Position numbers and translations under genes: made by a program. The notes below the pieces were generated by a model that was not told the origin of the DNA, made no database searches, and saw only the letters and a program-made list of their open reading frames with translations. Of a stretch of 64,000 bases of DNA, positions 59,007 to 64,000 are shown in pieces. Numbering within the stretch: position 1 is the stretch's first letter; every line of letters starts with the position of its first letter. Location: IMG/VR virus record IMGVR_UViG_3300037110_000087, positions 243,125-307,124 of that record; one strand, given 5' to 3'.

Positions 59007-59145
59007 TTCGGCAGTGATTGTCACAGTTACTCCATGCTAAGGACGAGGATTTGGGATTCGAATTCCCATCGGGGCCTCCAATACAACCATTGGTCCCGTA
59101 GCTCAGGGGTAGAGCGCGTAAAACACTGTGTCGCCTTTCTCCGAA
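59007..59145 (+). ncRNA. YrlA-like Y RNA with circularly permuted tRNA domain
   Basis: TTCGG/CCGAA stem with bulged C, CACAG/CTGTG, GTTACTCC; then T-arm TGGGA-TTCGAAT-TCCCA, loop-closed acceptor CGGGGCC/GGTCCCG, D-arm GCTC-AGGGGTA-GAGC. Confidence 0.8.
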
Positions 59146-59150
59146 TCAAT

Positions 59151-59223
59151 TGGCCCCTCGTCTAATGGAGGACAAGTCCCACACCGGGAAGAAACGCGGG
59201 TTAGAATCCAGCGGGGCCAACCA
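59151..59223 (+). ncRNA. tRNA-like RNA with 5-nt anticodon loop
   Basis: TGGCCCC/GGGGCCA-A-CCA; TCCC-ACACC-GGGA; T-loop TTAGAAT. Confidence 0.65.
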
Positions 59224-59242
59224 AATCTCATAGGAGCGCATC

Positions 59243-59554
59243 GTGCAAATCGATAATCTACCAACCAAAGTTGATCTCAGGGACAGATTCTTGTTTCCTC
59301 CCATTTATGATCAAGGTGAACTCGGATGTAGTGTATGTTGTTCTTCTGCAGCGATCTTGGACATGACGAAAATTAATCAGATGATCGGCAAGAAAGTCCG
59401 AAAGGATAAGAAGCCATTCAAATCAACATTTAAGGTCAACACCGTCAAAGGTGTGGTGGACCATCCCATTCTGCATGTGCCCTGTTTCACCTTCGAAGAG
59501 GATGATTCCTACGTTGAGTGCAGACGGTGCATCGCAGTCGAAGATTCCCAGTAA
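59243..59554 (+). pseudogene. papain-like (C1) peptidase N-terminal fragment
   Basis: LPTKVDLR...PIYDQGELG; remainder of the domain absent. Confidence 0.5.
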
Positions 59555-60057
59555 AAGGTAGTATTGAGGAACGTACCAATAAGTGGCTATGAAGAGCTAC
59601 AGGTGTTCCAGGTGGGTGTACAGTCCTACCACCTTCTTACCTCTTCACAGGGCTGGGAATACGATCGGCTAAGTAGTACCCGAATGCGAACCTTAGCTGA
59701 AGGGGCTTATACTCCTAAAAATAGTTTTAAGATTTTCTAAAAGGAGAAAAAGAGATAATAAAAGATAAGAGATGTACTTGGTATGCAGCTTGGCATTATT
59801 GTATTTATCTTCCATTAGATGATGACAAACTTTATCAAATAGCAATTCCGTATCATGGATATTTTGAACACTTACAAAGACTTGAAATAACTAACGAACG
59901 TAATGCAGATGATAATGATTTGTCTTTCAATTATTAGAATATAGCTTGGATGACTCTACTCGTAAGAATGAGTCGAAAATGTTGGTAACAGCATATAAGT
60001 TCGTAGCTCCAAGCTATTAAAAAATTCAAATTAAGATTCCGATTAGTAAGAATATGA

Positions 60058-60597
60058 CTATTTACAGAGCTTGTTAGCACAAGCCTGGAATTTTCTTTGG
60101 TCATTGTTCTGAATTCCTTCCAGCTTACTCTCTCCATGAATGGGTTCATAATGGAAGATTCCATTTAATTCGAAGGCTAGCTTCAGTGATGGAATAAAAA
60201 TGTCTAGTTCGGAATTGATGGTATCTTTCCGGTTGAAATGAATCTTAAGATTTGGGTACAATAAAGTAATTTGCTCTTCAAGCCATTTCTCTAGTTTGGA
60301 TCGAGTGGTTCCATGAGTCTTATGAAGGTTATTATATCTAGTCCCGCAAGAAATTGAGCAGAACAATCTACCTGATTTCGATTTCTTGAGATCTTTGGGA
60401 TTTTTGGTGATCAGTTCATTACATTGTGAGCATCTAGTGGCAAATGTAGTTGAATAATGGATATAATAACAATCCACACAACAGAAGACCTTTGATTGAT
60501 TATATCCATGATCTCTCTCAAATGGTCTGTTACATTGACAACAAACTAAGTTTACCATTTTTGTCATTTCAGCTCCTATTACTATGGTATCATGCAA
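60058..60597 (-). mobile_element. PD-(D/E)xK-type homing endonuclease with zinc-finger repeats, C-terminally short
   Basis: CxxC...FCSxxC repeats; ELDIFIP..KLAFELNG.FHY. Confidence 0.7.
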
Positions 60598-60658
60598 TCC
60601 AGGGATTCGATTTTCGGTATTCGAGTCCCTCCATTCCTCGTTATTTTGGGTTCGTATT

Positions 60659-60734
60659 GGATCGGAAGCTATATTGGTTTAGCGCTGGCGTGAAGTCCCA
60701 GAGGATGCAGGTTCGAAGCCTGTCCGATCCACCA
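60659..60734 (+). tRNA. tRNA-Phe(GAA)
   Basis: GGATCGG/CCGATCC-A-CCA; loop GTGAAGT; C31-C39 mismatch. Confidence 0.75.
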
Positions 60735-60769
60735 GTTTTGTTCTCAAAACTATTTAACTTGGAGAGTAT

Positions 60770-61063
60770 ATGAAAGGTGCTATTGTTTCTAATGAACCTG
60801 AATGCACGACAAAGAAGCCATTAATTGCGGCCTTTGAGGATGTTGAATCAACAATTGGGGAAACTGAACGGCTCGTGAGTTTGGTTGAGAGGACCTTTAA
60901 TCTACTGCTTGAAATGGTTCCTGGTGGAGAGGAAGAGGAAGGTCTGGGAAAATCGATCGATCGAAATCCAATCCCAATTGTGCAACGTTTGAATATGCTT
61001 GATGGTCGGTTGAGAACAATCAATAAGGACCTATCAGATATCATCGACCGTAGCCACATCTAA
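60770..61063 (+). CDS. hypothetical coiled-coil protein
   Basis: GGAG RBS. Confidence 0.6.
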   Translation: MKGAIVSNEPECTTKKPLIAAFEDVESTIGETERLVSLVERTFNLLLEMVPGGEEEEGLGKSIDRNPIPIVQRLNMLDGRLRTINKDLSDIIDRSHI

Positions 61064-61150
61064 TCGTTGACCAGAAGGGTGACTGGTTAACCTGTAGGAA
61101 GGGCAGCAAGGCAGCGATCTTGTCCCCTGGTCCGGAGCAATCCGGAGTCG

Positions 61151-61188
61151 AGCCAACCTGGGCACTAGTGATAGCCAACCTGGGCACT
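61151..61188 (+). repeat. 16-bp direct repeat
   Basis: AGCCAACCTGGGCACT at 61151-61166 and 61173-61188. Confidence 0.9.
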
Positions 61189-61300
61189 CGTCATTGAACA
61201 CCAGCGCTAATGGGCAAATGGCCGAAGGACGTTCGCGTCCAACAGGTTGAATTAACAACGAATTGGCGCTCCATTAAAAATCTCATGGAGGGGTAACCCG

Positions 61301-61567
61301 ATGAAGTGTGTACAGAAGATCATCAACAAAGAACCCAAGGAAGTCATCATCAAGCGCGTGTCCAACGAACAGGCCGAAAAACTGGTCAGTGAAGGTTGGG
61401 CCTTCGCCTCCAAGAAGGATTGGAAGGCTGCACCCAATACAACCTGGGTCAAGTCCACTACCACTCCCAATGCCATCAAGGAAGCCAAGCAGCGTAGGAC
61501 GGAGAAGCGTAAAACTCCGACTCCGCCCAGGGAGACTGGTTCGCGCCGGTCCAAGGCAACGAAATAA
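61301..61567 (+). CDS. small basic protein
   Basis: GGAGGG RBS; Lys/Arg-rich tail. Confidence 0.7.
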   Translation: MKCVQKIINKEPKEVIIKRVSNEQAEKLVSEGWAFASKKDWKAAPNTTWVKSTTTPNAIKEAKQRRTEKRKTPTPPRETGSRRSKATK

Positions 61568-61686
61568 AGGTTAGAACAGTTTCAGAACTAGTGGTTGAGA
61601 AGTCACTAGATGTTGAGTCGGGGTAAGCCACAGACATGGCCCGGTAATCTAGCCGGAATACAGTTTCTGCGATCTTCGACAAGTTA

Positions 61687-61774
61687 GTAAGGGCTAATGA
61701 CCCATACAAAGGTAGAGCGGCCTCTATGTTAGGCTTGCCGGGGGTCATGATCCGGTGACTAAAACGACTCTACC
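61687..61774 (+). ncRNA. 88-nt structured repeat, copy A
   Basis: GTAAGGG..ATGACCCAT.CAAAGGTAGAGCGGCC...CGACTCTACC. Confidence 0.6.
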
Positions 61775-61984
61775 TCCAATCGACTCCCTGCGGCGGTTCA
61801 ATTTAACCCGCCCTACTGAGCGATGATATGCATACTCGGCGGCGACCGACTTCCGGATGGCCCAGTGAAGTTTCAGTCCGGAGATTTTGAGAAGTCCACC
61901 CACTTAAGACCGTATCCAAGTCTGTAATTGTTTCTCTTTGGGGATCCGACAGATAAGGCTAGTGGATGAAACGGTTTCCTTTTG

Positions 61985-62072
61985 GTAAGGGTCGATGACC
62001 CATGCAAAGGTAGAGCGGCCACCATGCTTGGCCCTCTGGAGGTTTGCTCCGGAGAAAAACAACGACTCTACC
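61985..62072 (+). ncRNA. 88-nt structured repeat, copy B
   Basis: Same motif with compensatory changes. Confidence 0.6.
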
Positions 62073-62479
62073 ATCCATTTCGTGCCTTTCTACCCCGACC
62101 AAGGATGATTGACACGACTCTATGGGGATGAACAGATTCGACAGGTTTATGCCCTGAGTGTAGCGCAGGTAGAGGAAACCGATGGCCTCTCAAAAATCGG
62201 TAAAAACACAACTGCCGAAGACTTTCTTCTCCAGGCTGCGTAAGCAGCATCCTCTAAGCGATCGTTTGGTAGCTTAGTTGTAAGGAATCTCAAGGATGGT
62301 TCGCCTACCGAGAGAGTTCACAAACTAGATTCCGATGAAATGTTCTAGTCGGAATGACACAAAGGACATAAGTCCTCGATTAGAGTTGTCCGGTTTACTC
62401 TACAGAGGTCACTAGAAACGGACTAAACCTGTGAATGAACTACCTTAGGAATTTTCTTGGACAGGACTAGCATAAGTCC

Positions 62480-63043
62480 TCATCTCCACCTTGTTTGGCT
62501 AGTGCGTCCGTCCCAATCACCAAACAGACCGAGCGCATTAGCCTTCCTCATGCCTTCACAGACCACGAGCCAAGCGTTATAAGGCATAATTCCCCTGGTC
62601 ACATTACATCGGTAACAAGCAGGGACCACGTTGCCCTTCGTGTGACCTTTAGAATTGTCAATTCTATCTAATGTCATATTGGTGATAAGGTTGTCACCAC
62701 AGTAAAAGCAAGGATTAGAAATTTGTGCCAAAATAAATTTGACATCCAGATCCGAGACCCTTTTCTTCTTCTTGTCCGCTGATTTACAATATTTGAGAAT
62801 TAAGGCAGCGCGGACTTCTAAATTGGTTGACCTAGTTTCAATCTTCCTCTGAATTGATCTTCTTTGCGCTGCTTCTGGTGTAGTTTTCATTTTCTTGTAG
62901 GATAATCTTCTCAGATTGTCGCAGGTCTTACAAAGAGAGCGAAAGTATCTGACTCCTTTGATGGTTTGGGCGTAAGGCTTAACTTCGGGATATTTCTTAT
63001 TGCAACCAGAACACTGCCAAGATTCTAAGGTGATTCTTTCCAT
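62480..63043 (-). mobile_element. HNH homing endonuclease
   Basis: CFYCGD...TLDRIDNSKGH...NVVPACYRCN. Confidence 0.85.
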
Positions 63044-63622
63044 TGGTGGACCTCTCCATTAAGTATAACATTTCACTAGTCCACCAACGGTTATAATATC
63101 TTTAGGAGTAGTGATGAACAAAATTAGAGTACAAAATCTTTTGACCAGAATTTCTAGGCTCGTTCAGCAGGAACGATTGGACAAACCATCCTTGAGGCAC
63201 CGTTCCATGCCTAACCCGCAGACCCCTCAAGAGTATGCAAGACGGGAGATTGGCTTAGAGGTAGCCATTCTTTAAAGAGTGACAAGGACGATCCATAAGG
63301 GGGTAATCGGTGCGGGGCGACACCCTTGATCCGTTAGCCGAACTCAGTATAAGTCCAGGGGAAGAATAGCGGACAGTCTTCAACAAGTAGTGGGTATTAC
63401 ACCGGTATCCAGTTAAGTCGAACGGGAAGTGTTCAGAACCAATCGGCAGTTGAAGGACCCTTAGAGTCTTTGGTGTAATAACACACCTTCTTGCAGACCG
63501 CTGGTATGGAGCGGAATAAAAGAGTCCATAACAAAGCAGATTCCGTAGTCGTCATCTGAAAAGACCCTCGACTGGAGCGATCAAAGTCTGCCATGTTGGT
63601 TGATCATCTAGACCAATTTCTT

Positions 63623-63735
63623 TGGCTCATACCTCAGCTGGTAGAGGGCTCGCCTGAATCGTTATCGTAGTTTCGGACTGCGAATAACCTGTAGTAAGCG
63701 AGATGTCGGTGGTTCGACTCCACCTGGGCCAACCA
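63623..63735 (+). tRNA. tRNA (Ile-like body) with 44-nt anticodon loop containing an intron-like hairpin
   Basis: TGGCTCA/TGGGCCA-A-CCA; CTCGC/GCGAG; GGTGG-TTCGACT-CCACC; insert GTTAT-CGTAG..CTGCG-A-ATAAC. Confidence 0.75.
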
Positions 63736-63857
63736 GACCCCGCTACGCCTCTGCTAAGAACCTGCATCCTTCACCGGACCAGACCCACTAGCATGCGCAC
63801 CAAGAGAAGCCGGTAACGGAGATCGCCAGGAAGCAAGGCCTGGAATGGGGGGAATCA

Positions 63858-64000
63858 ATCGCTAGTGACCGACTGGTAAGGTCGTCCCTGATGGGGACGT
63901 AAATGCGCGGGTTCGAGTCCCGCTCTTGAAGGTAACTTCGGGATAGCTCAGGTGGTAGAGCCGTCGTGGACGTTAAAATGTGGGTTCAAATCCTGCCTAG
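63858..64000 (+). ncRNA. double tRNA-like element, truncated by window end
   Basis: D1-AC1-T1, acceptor hairpin TCTTGAA-GGTAAC-TTCGGGA, then D2-AC2-T2. Confidence 0.6.

Noticed and set aside
58959-59080. tmRNA-like or tRNA-like element (AGGCCCCG pairing with CGGGGCCT-CCA, TCGAC motif)
   Set aside because: Too short for tmRNA and has no tag ORF; the same 3' segment is better explained as the T-arm and acceptor of the permuted YrlA-like RNA, though an alternative fold is possible
56646-59165. Short ORFs listed across the ncRNA field
   Set aside because: They overlap well-formed tRNA-like and Y-RNA structures and lack RBS or protein motifs
55175-62072. Possible CRISPR array from repeated motifs
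   Set aside because: Repeats are long, structured, irregularly spaced and divergent; no constant repeat-spacer period and no cas genes
55589-63800. Theta (HDV-like) ribozymes immediately 3' of tRNAs
   Set aside because: Could not fit the nested double-pseudoknot by eye after any CCA end; needs a motif search
1-64000. Stop-codon reassignment, as seen in some large phages
   Set aside because: Long conserved genes are intact in the standard code, and TAA, TAG and TGA all end genes

Overview
Segment of a large (jumbo-type) dsDNA phage genome read in the standard genetic code. There is no rRNA and no CRISPR array. Strand blocks: minus 1-20.2 kb, plus 20.4-47.0 kb, minus 47.0-50.9 kb, plus 51-64 kb. 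Recognisable genes include ThyX, an intein-split actin-fold ATPase, CYTH and 2H phosphoesterase proteins, an SLT transglycosylase, an RdgC-like protein, an NAD(P) salvage set (NAD kinase, NadM-Nudix, NAMPT), Rnl1-type RNA ligase, a DHH phosphoesterase, a vWA protein, SbcC/Rad50, an SF2 helicase and several homing endonucleases. Two systems stand out. (1) A radical SAM/SPASM-type enzyme sits among six small paralogs that all begin M[KR]xRxGFVSNSSSSSF. (2) A Ro60/TROVE gene, preceded by an ART-like gene, lies upstream of a ~9 kb non-coding RNA field. That field holds one complete YrlA-like Y RNA (permuted tRNA domain), three reduced Y-RNA-like paralogs with covarying stems, only two near-canonical tRNAs (Pro, Phe), and many CCA-ended tRNA mimics whose anticodon arms are expanded, shrunken or non-canonical, plus other structured RNAs. 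All functional calls come from motif recognition and by-eye folding; no searches were run.
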